Numbered from the stretch's first letter, positions 29,776 to 39,336 are shown. The stretch is DNA of 64,000 nt from Candidatus Hadarchaeota archaeon (GCA_964621445.1 CAZUNO010000008.1:1-64000), one strand, 5' to 3'. Made by a program: numbers and translations. The notes: generated by a model not told the origin, from the sequence alone.

Positions 29776-31143
29776 TTACCAGTAAACCTTGTAATTTCCC
29801 TCGTGGTGACGTACTATCCTGGACTGGGTATTGGATTCCTCTTCATTTTCCGATGAGTCGGCCCGGGGATATCTTTTCTGTAGGTAGCCCATTATACGGG
29901 GGTAGGGAACCTTGTAGGATGAGCCCTGTTTGCTGTAGGTGAAGATGGGGAATTCAGTCATGGATTCAAAATCCTCTTTCTGCTTCCCATCAACGATCAG
30001 TATGAGGTTTTCGAGTTTCGATTCCTCTAGATCCTGGAGTTGCCTATCCTTTATCTCACCATATTCGGATTTCCAGTAGCCAATGAGGTGTATGGGGATC
30101 TCCAACTCCCCTCTGCAGAGCGAGAGGTCGGGAATGAAAGCCGAGTCGCCGTAGGTAAATATCTCCGGCTCGCAATCGATGTGCCAACCATCCATCTTTA
30201 ACGCCTTGAGGGTGCTGACAAGCTTGGCCTCTATCTTTCCATCTACGAGCTTGAGCCTTAGATCTTCCGGCTCTGGATGGTCCACCCTGGGGGTCTCCGA
30301 TATCTGGAACTCGAATTTCACCTTTCTTTTTGACTTCTTGAAGTTGATGGACAGTTGACAATCGAAGTCCCTCTTCTCGGATAATCGGTATAGACTACAG
30401 ACCAGGGAGGACATTCTGTATCCAAATTTTGAGGATTTCTTGTCGAAGAGCTCGAGCGGTCCCGGGACTAGAAATTCAAACCCGTCCTCCCCCGATCCGG
30501 TTTCATGGATCAGGCCGTAGAACTTCACGTTCCTATATATGAACCTGGCCGATGAGGGCCGTTTTACGGGTCCCAGTTGGAGTGAGAAGGAGTTGGCCAG
30601 TATATTTGATAGCATCTCGAAGTTATAGGAGGAACCCAGATCCTCGGGGGGGTCCCCGACTCTCTCCAGTATCCTGTTGTCCTTTTCGTCCATCCAAAGA
30701 GCCTGATCCAGCTCACGATCATCCACTTCAATCTTGTTCGCGAATTGGTGGATAAGATCCTCCCTGGCCTCTGAACTCATGAACCCCGAATGATCGTGGG
30801 ATAGGAATTTGAAGAACCTCAGTCTGAGGTCGGTGCAGTTGGAGATGCCCATCTTGGAGAGTCTCTGCATGCTTTTCTCGTCGAAAAGATCTGTTAGTCC
30901 CTTCCGGTTGAAGCTGTAGTATCTACCGAGTACCAGCTTGGCGGCGTCAGATGTCTTGGATCTCGAAAAGCACTCGTCGATTTCACTTTCGTCGAAATTC
31001 TTTTCCTTGCTTCCCAGGTTCTTCTCGTATATCTCCCTGGCCTTCTGTAACTCGGATTCCAGTTCCGCGCTCGCGAACTTTGGATAGGCCTTTCCCTTCC
31101 GGATGGTTATCTTGAAGCTGTTGAGAGAGACCATCCTATTCAC
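29776..31143 (-). CDS. DUF790 / Bax1-like protein
   Basis: LWMD, YNFE, VKFYGL, GPLELF...KFG, GWHIDCEPE, FIPD, IGYW..EY. Confidence 0.75.
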   Translation of the reverse strand: MNRMVSLNSFKITIRKGKAYPKFASAELESELQKAREIYEKNLGSKEKNFDESEIDECFSRSKTSDAAKLVLGRYYSFNRKGLTDLFDEKSMQRLSKMGISNCTDLRLRFFKFLSHDHSGFMSSEAREDLIHQFANKIEVDDRELDQALWMDEKDNRILERVGDPPEDLGSSYNFEMLSNILANSFSLQLGPVKRPSSARFIYRNVKFYGLIHETGSGEDGFEFLVPGPLELFDKKSSKFGYRMSSLVCSLYRLSEKRDFDCQLSINFKKSKRKVKFEFQISETPRVDHPEPEDLRLKLVDGKIEAKLVSTLKALKMDGWHIDCEPEIFTYGDSAFIPDLSLCRGELEIPIHLIGYWKSEYGEIKDRQLQDLEESKLENLILIVDGKQKEDFESMTEFPIFTYSKQGSSYKVPYPRIMGYLQKRYPRADSSENEEESNTQSRIVRHHEGNYKVYW

Positions 31144-31829
31144 TCATCTTTCATGCGGGCAACCACGGCGATGTGGTCCTTTACATAGGGATCCAGTTCG
31201 ACTGTCTCCTCGATGTCCATGCCGCACTTCCTCAAAGAGGAGATCTCCTTTTCATAGATCTCCCGGGGTTTCCGAGAGACATCGATGCTCCGTGATTTGA
31301 TCATGAGTATACCGGAACCCCCTGGCCCTAGGAAACCCTTGGCATTGGCGCAGAAGATACGGCTTTGCTCGGGCTGGGCTACATCCTGGTAAAGTAGATC
31401 CACCTCGGAAAGGAGATGGGAGTAGGATGCCGGCTCCCTGGCATCGGACAGTATTGGAACCATGTTCTCTCTCCTCTTGGAGGTTCTCAGTAGATCTCTC
31501 ATTGGTCTGGGGGCAAATTCGACGCAGAAGATAGCGCCATCGTCTCCAACGATATCCGAGATATAGGACGCGGTGGTGCCAGAGGCCGCACCCAGGTACA
31601 GAACCCGGGATCCTTCCCGGAGGTCAAGCTTCCCCAAGCCGGACAATATGGCTGCCGATAGCTTGCTATCATAGGGGGACCAGGGCCTGTACCTCACTCC
31701 ATCAATCTTGGTGATGGGCTCGTCGGGGGTGCCTCCCTCGGATTTGAGCTCCCTGGTGGCAAGACGGGATTCCCCGTCGCTCACGATTCTGTATACGCCT
31801 TCGAATTCCGTATTTTCAATTGTAGTCAA
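31140..31829 (-). CDS. flpA: Fibrillarin (box C/D RNP 2'-O-methyltransferase)
   Basis: SKLSAA, VLYLGAASGTT, VEFAPR, YQDVAQPEQ, IKSRSID. Confidence 0.95.
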   Translation of the reverse strand: MTTIENTEFEGVYRIVSDGESRLATRELKSEGGTPDEPITKIDGVRYRPWSPYDSKLSAAILSGLGKLDLREGSRVLYLGAASGTTASYISDIVGDDGAIFCVEFAPRPMRDLLRTSKRRENMVPILSDAREPASYSHLLSEVDLLYQDVAQPEQSRIFCANAKGFLGPGGSGILMIKSRSIDVSRKPREIYEKEISSLRKCGMDIEETVELDPYVKDHIAVVARMKDE

Positions 31830-31832
31830 TCA

Positions 31833-32435
31833 TCAATCCATCCTTAAGATCTTTCCCTCCGCCTCCTCCTCGCCGAAGACGAATCCCTCGAACCTCTGGA
31901 TCTCGGTTTCCTCATCTATCCAGGCTGTCGGTGGAAGCCCGGCTTTGTGACAGGTGTGGGACAGGAATTCCTCCTCATCCCAGCCCTGCTCAACGGCGAC
32001 CTGAGGAAGCAATAGACCCTGATACCAGCCTTTTTTCACGATCAATCCGTGCTTCCCTATTTCAATTTCCTGGGGGTATTCGGAGGGCTTTGCGACCTTC
32101 AGCTCCTCTGGAGGGGTGAGCACGGTGACCTCGAGGATTATCCCATCGATTTCGTCCTCCTTGACTGGCGGAAAACGAGGGTCATTTGAGCATGCGGATA
32201 TGGCCGAGTCAATTAGGGCCTCGATGAGAGGAGATCCGGGGTACGGATGCCCGATACACCCTTTGAGTTCATCTCCGGGATGGGATTTTATGGTTACGAA
32301 GACGCCGGCCTTCTCCCTAAGTTGATCCGGGGTTTCTTCCGGGGGCGGTATCGTTGAACGGTGGCTTATATGTTCGGTTATGGCATCCCTGGCCGTTTTC
32401 ACCAGGAAACGCCCCTGCTCCATGTCTATCTCCAT
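31833..32435 (-). CDS. AMMECR1-domain protein (TIGR00296)
   Basis: GVFVTI, LKGCIG, DPRFPP, GKHGL, GLLLPQV, KAGL. Confidence 0.92.
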   Translation of the reverse strand: MEIDMEQGRFLVKTARDAITEHISHRSTIPPPEETPDQLREKAGVFVTIKSHPGDELKGCIGHPYPGSPLIEALIDSAISACSNDPRFPPVKEDEIDGIILEVTVLTPPEELKVAKPSEYPQEIEIGKHGLIVKKGWYQGLLLPQVAVEQGWDEEEFLSHTCHKAGLPPTAWIDEETEIQRFEGFVFGEEEAEGKILRMD

Positions 32436-32924
32436 TTAATCAGGTTCCGTTTCAAACTCGGTTTTGATGGCATTAATCTTTTTCTCAATATCCTCCCAGT
32501 GACGGCCCATCCAATATACCTTCTGGCATTCAGTGCATTCCCAGAAGCGAGAGTGGTACTCAAGTACCTTGGGGGGAATCCGGTCCTGGAGCTCTTCGGT
32601 GCCTTTCTCGGCCAGAGTGCCGTTGCATACCGGGCACCTGCTGTTTTTGGGGTCGAGTTCGATGCTGTCAAGTCCAAGACTTCTGTAGAGTTCTATTATC
32701 TGGTCTTGAACATCCATCTGGCCGATGTAGATCGCCGGTATGCCCCTTGCCTTTGCCTGGTCTATCAGTTTCTGGTCCCTGGAAAGTATGGTCCTTGATG
32801 TATCCTTGGCAATGTTGAGTATTTCCCGGTCCTCAACTACGCCCGAAAGGGCGTCGAAACCAAGTATCCGGAGCCATCTAGATAGTTTCCCGAGCATCAA
32901 ATCGATGATAAATCGCATCGCCAT
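32436..32924 (-). CDS. Mut7-C (DUF82) PIN-like RNase with zinc ribbon
   Basis: DLMLGKLSRWLRILGFD, LSRD, RCPVCN, CTEC.KVYW.G.H. Confidence 0.9.
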   Translation of the reverse strand: MAMRFIIDLMLGKLSRWLRILGFDALSGVVEDREILNIAKDTSRTILSRDQKLIDQAKARGIPAIYIGQMDVQDQIIELYRSLGLDSIELDPKNSRCPVCNGTLAEKGTEELQDRIPPKVLEYHSRFWECTECQKVYWMGRHWEDIEKKINAIKTEFETEPD

Positions 32925-32930
32925 CAGGCT

Positions 32931-34226
32931 TCAAGGAACGAGTCGGAGACGGTCCCGGGGAAAGAGGCATACCTCCCTTATATTCGTCTTTCCGGTCAAG
33001 GCCATCAAGAGTCTTTCAACCCCTATGGCCCATCCCGCGTGGGGAGGCATGCCGTACCTGAAGGCCTGCAGGTGGTAGTTAAAGTCATGGGGGTTCAGTC
33101 CCCTCTCTTCGAGCCGCTTTTTCAGGAGATCCATATCGTGCACCCGCTTCCCTCCCGAGGCCAGCTCCAGGTAGCCCCACATCATGTCAAATCCCTCCGA
33201 AAGGCCTTTGCCCTTGGGCTGTATATAGAAGGGCTTTATCTCGTGTGGCCAGTCCACTATGAAGAAGGGCGCTTCAATCTCAGATCCGATCCTGCGGCTC
33301 GCCTTTGACCCGATATCATCTCCCCATTCAAGTTCTCCCTGATTCCTATTTGCGATTTCCAGGGCCTCTGAGTAGGTCAGTACGGGCAGAGGCAACTCTA
33401 TTGGCTCGAGATCAGCTCCTATGGCCTCCAGGAGCTCCTGGTCATTGTTCAGGATTTCATCGGTTACCCTCTTGAGCAGGCCCTCCGCGATATCCATCAC
33501 ATCCTTACAGGAGGCGAAGGCGTGCTCGATATCGATGGACATGGATTCGTTCAGGTGCCTGTTGGTATTGTGGCTTTCGGCCCTGAAAATTGGAGTTATC
33601 TCCCATACTTTCTCGAAAATCGGGACCAGTTCCTCCTTGTAGAGCTGCGGGCTCTGTGCCAGAAATGCCTCCCTCTCGAAGTAGGCTATAGGGAATAGCT
33701 CGGTTCCGCCCTCTGAGGCGGAGGCTATTATATTGGGGGTGTTTATCTCCGTGAACCCCTGTTCATCGAAAAAGCGGCGGACGTATTTGACCGTCTGGGA
33801 CCTCAACTGGAAGATGGCCCTTGTGCCTGGCCTCCGCAGATCTATGGTCCGGTTGTCCAGACGGGTGTCCAGGTTTGCATCTACCTTCTCGGTAACGTCA
33901 AGGGGAAGGGGTGTCTCCGCTTCGGATATCACCGAGATCTTCGAGGGCACTACCTCTATTCCACCCGGCGCTTGGTCCATGGCCTTTACACTTCCCTCAA
34001 TATCCACAACGGACTCCAGGGAAATTGAGTCCATGCTTTCAAAAACCTCTGGGGGTGACTTGGCCTTGACGGCGGTTACCTGAAACAAGCCGTCCTTGTC
34101 CCTAACCTGGATGAATCTTATGCCGCCAAGATCTCTCTTGGTGTGCAGCCAACCTTTAACCCTGACCTCCTGGCCAACCTGATCTTTTAGACTAGATGAG
34201 TATACTCTGTTTATGGTCTCTCCCAA
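32931..34226 (-). CDS. aspS: Aspartyl-tRNA synthetase, archaeal non-discriminating type
   Basis: OB-fold anticodon domain, TRLDNR, LAQSPQLYK, FRAE..RHLNE, GMPPHAG. Confidence 0.94.
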   Translation of the reverse strand: MGETINRVYSSSLKDQVGQEVRVKGWLHTKRDLGGIRFIQVRDKDGLFQVTAVKAKSPPEVFESMDSISLESVVDIEGSVKAMDQAPGGIEVVPSKISVISEAETPLPLDVTEKVDANLDTRLDNRTIDLRRPGTRAIFQLRSQTVKYVRRFFDEQGFTEINTPNIIASASEGGTELFPIAYFEREAFLAQSPQLYKEELVPIFEKVWEITPIFRAESHNTNRHLNESMSIDIEHAFASCKDVMDIAEGLLKRVTDEILNNDQELLEAIGADLEPIELPLPVLTYSEALEIANRNQGELEWGDDIGSKASRRIGSEIEAPFFIVDWPHEIKPFYIQPKGKGLSEGFDMMWGYLELASGGKRVHDMDLLKKRLEERGLNPHDFNYHLQAFRYGMPPHAGWAIGVERLLMALTGKTNIREVCLFPRDRLRLVP

Positions 34227-34245
34227 GATTAACACTCCTTGGGTT

Positions 34246-34752
34246 CTATTCGAATACTATATTGATCTCCTGTCCGGTGAGATCCTTTATCAGTTCCTGG
34301 AGCTGGTCAAGATCCAGCGACATCTTCTCCTTGTCCTCCTCGGCAACCCTTATCTTGTATTTCCTGGTACCATCCACGGAGTACACGGTATTGACCCCCA
34401 GGATGCGTGCGGGGCGTATCAGGTCATCGGCAACCGCCCTGGGCTCGGCCATGCTCCCGAGAACCCTGACATCCATGTCGATGCGATCGGAGATCTCCTC
34501 CACTACCTCGCTGCCCTTTCCCATGAATGCCTGGACATCATCCTCGCCAACTACCATGATGGCCAGTCCATTGACCTCAAGGGACTTTTCGAAGGTTATG
34601 TCACGGAGACCCTTGTTCCTATCCATGGCCTTGTACAGGGTTCTGGCTATCTTGACATCTATCTCGCTTACTTCTCCTCTGTCCAGCTTTTTCTGGCAGC
34701 TGGGACAGAGTATGCCGCTTTTCATACAAACTTCGCATATCGGAGTTTTCAT
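34246..34752 (-). CDS. NusA paralogue (NusA2) with N-terminal zinc finger and KH domains
   Basis: MKTPICEVCMKSGILCPSC, KH GKG loop, LIRPARILGVN. Confidence 0.8.
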   Translation of the reverse strand: MKTPICEVCMKSGILCPSCQKKLDRGEVSEIDVKIARTLYKAMDRNKGLRDITFEKSLEVNGLAIMVVGEDDVQAFMGKGSEVVEEISDRIDMDVRVLGSMAEPRAVADDLIRPARILGVNTVYSVDGTRKYKIRVAEEDKEKMSLDLDQLQELIKDLTGQEINIVFE

Positions 34753-34885
34753 ATCGCTTCTCCTTCTATTGCTTGATTATGGGGAGTTTAAGGACTGGAG
34801 GAGCTGGTAATACTTCCGATCGCTACTTTTAAGTATTTTCCAGTGAGTTAAAGGGCGTTGCAAGACTGCTTCCAGTGGTGTTTGG

Positions 34886-35623
34886 TTGAAGGATGAGCTC
34901 GATAGATATGATCGACAGATTAGAATTATGGACTGGGACCGAGAGGGACAGGAAAGGCTGAAAGGATCCTCCGTTCTGGTGGCCGGATTAGGGGGTTTAG
35001 GCTCGATCTCGTCCCAGCTGTTGGCCCGGGCGGGCGTTGGCCGACTGCGAGTTGTGGACCGGGATTTGGTACGGGAAACGGATCTAAACCGCCAGCTTCT
35101 GTATTCGGAGGGCGACCTGGGTAGGAGAAAGGCGGAAGTCGCTGGCGAGCGGTTGCGGGAATCCAATTCATCGATCGCTGTTGAGGGACTGGATGTGAAG
35201 ATCAACCGGTCCACGGTGGATGATCTGGTAGAGGGAATCGACTGCGTGGTCGATGGCCTCGATAATTTCGAGACCAGGTTCTTGATAAACGAAATCACAA
35301 ATCAGAAGGGCATTCCCTTCCTCCATGGCAGCGTTCTTTCCCTTGAAGGGAGATGTACGACCTTTATCCCGGGGGAGACCCCCTGTCTTTCATGTCTATA
35401 TCCCTCCCCGCCCGAGGAGAGTTACCTTCCCGTTGCCGGCCCTCTACCCTCGTTAATAGCCTCCGTCCAGGCTTTGGAGGCGCTGAAGCTTATTCTAGGC
35501 CTGGGCGAGCTGTTGAGGGGGAGGCTGATGGTTTTCGATGGACTGGACACGACCACCTTGATGATCGGCATTGAAAGGAGGGCTAGCTGTCCTGTATGTG
35601 GGAGACGCCGGTCCACCTATTGA
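34886..35623 (+). CDS. E1-like MoeB/ThiF adenylyltransferase (UbaA-like)
   Basis: RYDRQ, GLGGLG, LNRQ, DGLDN, PCLSC and CPVC zinc ligands. Confidence 0.9.
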   Translation: MKDELDRYDRQIRIMDWDREGQERLKGSSVLVAGLGGLGSISSQLLARAGVGRLRVVDRDLVRETDLNRQLLYSEGDLGRRKAEVAGERLRESNSSIAVEGLDVKINRSTVDDLVEGIDCVVDGLDNFETRFLINEITNQKGIPFLHGSVLSLEGRCTTFIPGETPCLSCLYPSPPEESYLPVAGPLPSLIASVQALEALKLILGLGELLRGRLMVFDGLDTTTLMIGIERRASCPVCGRRRSTY

Positions 35624-36176
35624 AGAGATGGTGCTCGACCTGCAGCTGGTCCATGACCTTTCCCACCACGAAGGATACCATATCGGAAATGGATTCCGGT
35701 TGGTGGTAGAAGGCCGGCATGGCAGGCAGTATGACGGCTCCGCTGAGCTTGAGAGTCTCCATGTTCCTTATGTGAACCAGGTTCAGGGGGGTCTCCCTGG
35801 GGACTAGGACGAGTTTTCTTCCCTCCTTGAGAGATACCTCTGCGGTTCGTGAAATGAGGTTGTCGGAGTTGCCGCAAGCTATGGCAGAAAGGGTTTTCAT
35901 GCTGCAGGGAACTATAGCCATGGACCCGAATCGATGTGAGCCAGAGGAGAGGGGGGATGTCAACTCATCATTGGAGTAGAGCCGTTCAACGGATCTCTCC
36001 AGATCCTCCTCGGTCAGTTTGAGTTCCATGGAAATGAGGCTCTTCCCGCTCCGTGACAGTATAAGGTGCACCTCCTTACCCGCTTCACTTAGAGCTTGGC
36101 ACAATTTCACGCCATAGATAACCCCTGACGCTCCGGTTATGGCCACCACGATTCTATCTTTCCACTTTCCATCCAT
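35583..36176 (-). CDS. ubiX: Flavin prenyltransferase UbiX
   Basis: ITGASG, SSGS, PCSMKTL, VPRETP, PAFYHQP. Confidence 0.94.
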   Translation of the reverse strand: MDGKWKDRIVVAITGASGVIYGVKLCQALSEAGKEVHLILSRSGKSLISMELKLTEEDLERSVERLYSNDELTSPLSSGSHRFGSMAIVPCSMKTLSAIACGNSDNLISRTAEVSLKEGRKLVLVPRETPLNLVHIRNMETLKLSGAVILPAMPAFYHQPESISDMVSFVVGKVMDQLQVEHHLFNRWTGVSHIQDS

Positions 36177-37338
36177 ATGCCTCACAAACCTTCCTTACCG
36201 ATTCCAGTCTTTCCCTGGCACAATAGACTCCAAATCTCCAGTAATTCCACTGGGCCTCCCTCAGCGTTCTTACCAGAGTTGATCTTTCCTCAAGGGCCTC
36301 TACCCCTGAATTGGACAACACCTTAATCTCCATCTCCTCCATCCTTGGCCTTTCCTGGATATCGACGAGCACCTCGCCCGGCGGGAGACCGGCCTCTTCC
36401 TCTATCTCCATCTCCAGAGAGCGAATCTTCTCCCTATCCGTGGAGAGGGTTAGGAGGTCATCCAGGTCTTCGACCTCGGCGGGACCGAGATAGATCGCCC
36501 TCTTGAACAGGTCCCTCTCCAGTATCCTCCTGGTCATCTCGCCTGCAATTCCCTGCCGGCGTTTTAGAGTTGATAGCAGTGTTAGATCATCCATCTTCAT
36601 GATTTCCTGAGGAGCGATTCCGTCCTCGACCACATCCTCCAGGGCCCTGAGTAGCATGGCATCGGCAATTCTGCTGACGTGGTGCAGATAGACCGAGGGA
36701 TACATGAGGAAACGGGCAACTAGAAGGGATTCCGCCGCCTGCGTTCCCTTTTCACGAATCATTATCTCTCCCCCATTGTATACCAGAGTGCTCAGAATCC
36801 TTTCGTGATCTATTACCCCGTAGGCCACGCCAGTATAGTGAGCATCACGCATGAGGTAATCCATTCTATCCACGCCAATCTGGGAGTGAATGAGGTGTCC
36901 AAGTTCGGTATTTCGTCCCGATGAAACCTCTGCTATCTCGCAGGGGTCCATGCCCATTGAGGATAGAATTTCGGAGATCTGGCTCTGCATTATTCCCCTG
37001 TAGGTGAGTTGGGAGTGATCCATCTCCGAGACGTTTACCAAGAACTTCTCCGAACTGTGGGAAAGCGGGCCGTGACCGATATCGTGGAGCAGTGATGCCA
37101 CCACCAGCTTTCGGCTATCGGATTCGTTGAAACCCATCTTGGTACACAGTTCCTGGGCCATGTCCATGGTTCCTACTGAATGCTCAAACCGGGTGTGGTT
37201 GGCACCGGGATATACGAGGTTCCCGAGCCCGATTTGTTTTACCCTCCGAAGCCTCTGAACCCGGGGCGAGTCCAGTAGCGGCAGATACCGGTCCTCGAAC
37301 GAGATTTCGCCATGTATCGGATCCCTGATCATCTTCAT
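36154..37338 (-). CDS. HD-domain phosphohydrolase (SAMHD1-like, COG1078)
   Basis: DPIHG, QRLRRVKQ, HTRFEHS, LLHDIGHGPLSH, DRMDYLMRD. Confidence 0.92.
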   Translation of the reverse strand: MKMIRDPIHGEISFEDRYLPLLDSPRVQRLRRVKQIGLGNLVYPGANHTRFEHSVGTMDMAQELCTKMGFNESDSRKLVVASLLHDIGHGPLSHSSEKFLVNVSEMDHSQLTYRGIMQSQISEILSSMGMDPCEIAEVSSGRNTELGHLIHSQIGVDRMDYLMRDAHYTGVAYGVIDHERILSTLVYNGGEIMIREKGTQAAESLLVARFLMYPSVYLHHVSRIADAMLLRALEDVVEDGIAPQEIMKMDDLTLLSTLKRRQGIAGEMTRRILERDLFKRAIYLGPAEVEDLDDLLTLSTDREKIRSLEMEIEEEAGLPPGEVLVDIQERPRMEEMEIKVLSNSGVEALEERSTLVRTLREAQWNYWRFGVYCARERLESVRKVCEAYGWKVER

Positions 37339-37351
37339 GAATGAACCACCA

Positions 37352-38536
37352 TTAGGCACCCCCAATTAGAGCCCTGGTTATCTTCGCCGATCGTTTAAGG
37401 CCGAGGTCCCACACCACCATGGGCAGGTAGCTGAGCATGATGTTCGCCACTGAGGAGTGCCTGTCAAAGTCGGAACTTGATAGCATTTCGCTCATCCGTC
37501 CGGATACTGCCGAGAAGAGGTCGTCGAGCTCCCTGTCCGAAAGTCTCTCGTAGATCTTCCTGGCCTTTAAACCGAATTGGATTTCCTTCTGAAGCACCTG
37601 TCTCCATTCTCGATCGTAGGAGGATAGCTCCAAGCCGTGATCAAGGTACCTGGAGATTGAGCGGTGGGCTATCTCTGAACAGATTAAGGAATAGCTTATT
37701 CCACCTCCCGTGGCCGGCTTGGTCTGTAGGGCCTCATCTCCGACCAGAAGGACGTTGTTCTTCACGGTTCTCTCCCGGATTCCGAAAACCACCGCACCAG
37801 TGTTATACTCGATTACCGTTCCCTGACCTATATCCCTGGCCAGGGGACCGCCGAGAAACCGTTCCAGCCGTTCCTTTGCCCGGGTTCTGGAGCAGAGTCC
37901 TATTCTTGCAGATCCGGAGTCCAGGGGAATTACCCAGGCGAAAAGTCCATCGGATATATCGTGGCCGAAGTATATCATCACCTTCCCGGGGTCGAGGTTG
38001 AATCCGGTGGCCTCGACCTGTATGCCGGGCACCACATTTCCCTCGGTCATACCAAGACAGGAAGCCAGGGTGCCTCGCGCGCCAGTCGCCCCCACGAACA
38101 CCCTGGATGCGAAGTCCTGGCCACCACCGTCGGCCTTAACCCTCAGGCCTTCCCTCCCGAGACCAAGAACGGAATGTCTCAGACGCAGGTCGGCGCCCCG
38201 ATCGGTTGCCAGCTGGGCCAACCCTCGGTCAAAGACCTTCCTGTCCAATACCAAAGCAGACCCGGTGTCCCCCTCCACCATGAATCGGCTTCCCTCCGGC
38301 GAGATGAACTCCGCACCCCTGACCTTGTTGACGGTGGCCTCCCGAACCAGTGATCCCAAGAGGGACGACTGGGCTAACTCGGGGCCAACCAGCCCGGCAC
38401 AGTGTGAAGGGGCCCCTATAGTTGCATGTTCCTCAAAAAGCAGAACATTGTATCCGTCCATGGACAGCCTGAGGGCCAGGCTGGTGCCAGCCGGTCCTGC
38501 ACCGGCGATTGCGGCGTCACATGGAGGGCTATCCAT
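37352..38536 (-). CDS. Geranylgeranyl reductase family FAD oxidoreductase
   Basis: GAGPAG, CAG, LDRKVFD, FAWVIP, VGDEA..KPATGGGI. Confidence 0.85.
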   Translation of the reverse strand: MDSPPCDAAIAGAGPAGTSLALRLSMDGYNVLLFEEHATIGAPSHCAGLVGPELAQSSLLGSLVREATVNKVRGAEFISPEGSRFMVEGDTGSALVLDRKVFDRGLAQLATDRGADLRLRHSVLGLGREGLRVKADGGGQDFASRVFVGATGARGTLASCLGMTEGNVVPGIQVEATGFNLDPGKVMIYFGHDISDGLFAWVIPLDSGSARIGLCSRTRAKERLERFLGGPLARDIGQGTVIEYNTGAVVFGIRERTVKNNVLLVGDEALQTKPATGGGISYSLICSEIAHRSISRYLDHGLELSSYDREWRQVLQKEIQFGLKARKIYERLSDRELDDLFSAVSGRMSEMLSSSDFDRHSSVANIMLSYLPMVVWDLGLKRSAKITRALIGGA

Positions 38537-38553
38537 GTTTAGGCATCGAAACT

Positions 38554-38563
38554 CTTATATAAG
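38554..38563. promoter_or_regulatory. Palindromic TATA element between divergent genes
   Basis: CTTATATAAG is a perfect palindrome in a 41-bp intergenic gap, with CGAAA BRE on the plus side. Confidence 0.5.
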
Positions 38564-38577
38564 TATGTGAGCGACTG

Positions 38578-38943
38578 GTGTGTCCAGTGGTTACAAAGAA
38601 TCCTTTAAGCGAAGGGAGGACGGGGCTGACCCTGCTCCTCTTTCTACCCCTGTTGGTAGTCATATCCTTTCTTATCGTTCCGGATGCGGCCAGGATGGTT
38701 CTAGGGCTTGTCCTAGTGTTGTTTATACCTGGTTTCGCCATGGTTTATGCCCTCTTTCAGGATGATGAAATCGACGATATAGAGAGGATAGCCCTGAGTT
38801 TTGGGTTGAGCATATGCATCGTTGTTTTCGATGGGCTGGCCCTAAACTACATCTGGAACCTAACCCTCCTACCAATCGTCCTCTCCCTCTCCCTGATCAG
38901 CGGCGTTTTCACGCTGATAGGTTACCTTAGAAGAAGGACCTAG
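38578..38943 (+). CDS. DUF1616-like membrane protein (N-terminal TM part only)
   Basis: FIPGFAMVYALF, IDDIERIALSFGLSI, four TM helices, RRR tail. Confidence 0.75.
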   Translation: MCPVVTKNPLSEGRTGLTLLLFLPLLVVISFLIVPDAARMVLGLVLVLFIPGFAMVYALFQDDEIDDIERIALSFGLSICIVVFDGLALNYIWNLTLLPIVLSLSLISGVFTLIGYLRRRT

Positions 38944-38973
38944 GGACCAGTTTTAGCTTCGGGAAGTGTATAT

Positions 38974-39330
38974 GTGGAATATAAGCAAGTGATAGTGCTA
39001 AGAGCAGACCTGGATATGTCCCGAGGCAAGTTAGCGGCACAGGCCTGTCACGCTTGCCTTGGCGTTTCGGAGAGGGCAAGAAAACGGGACCCCGAGAAAT
39101 GGGAGGAGTGGCTGGAGGAGGGGGGTCGTAAGATCGTTTTAAAGGTTAGTTCAGAACGGGAGCTATTTGAGATTAAGGAGGATGGCAAGGCACTGGGCAT
39201 TGATACCTACCTGGTGAAGGATCGCGGGCTGACTGAGATACCGTCGGGAACGGTAACCGCTCTGGGACTAGGTCCGGGAGAGGAGAGCAGGATGGATCGA
39301 GTTACCGGCGATTTGTCCCTCCTGAAGTGA
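38974..39330 (+). CDS. pth2: Peptidyl-tRNA hydrolase Pth2
   Basis: KQVIVLRADL.MSRGKLAAQACHA, DRGLTEI, GLGP. Confidence 0.95.
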   Translation: MEYKQVIVLRADLDMSRGKLAAQACHACLGVSERARKRDPEKWEEWLEEGGRKIVLKVSSERELFEIKEDGKALGIDTYLVKDRGLTEIPSGTVTALGLGPGEESRMDRVTGDLSLLK

Positions 39331-39336
39331 TATTCC

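Noticed and set aside
34196-35298. Long antisense ORFs (e.g. 34196-34810, 34213-34776, 34777-35298, also 6390-6965, 37998-38570, 57310-57906)
   Set aside because: Shadow frames of well-supported genes, with Ser-rich or otherwise unnatural composition and no motifs.
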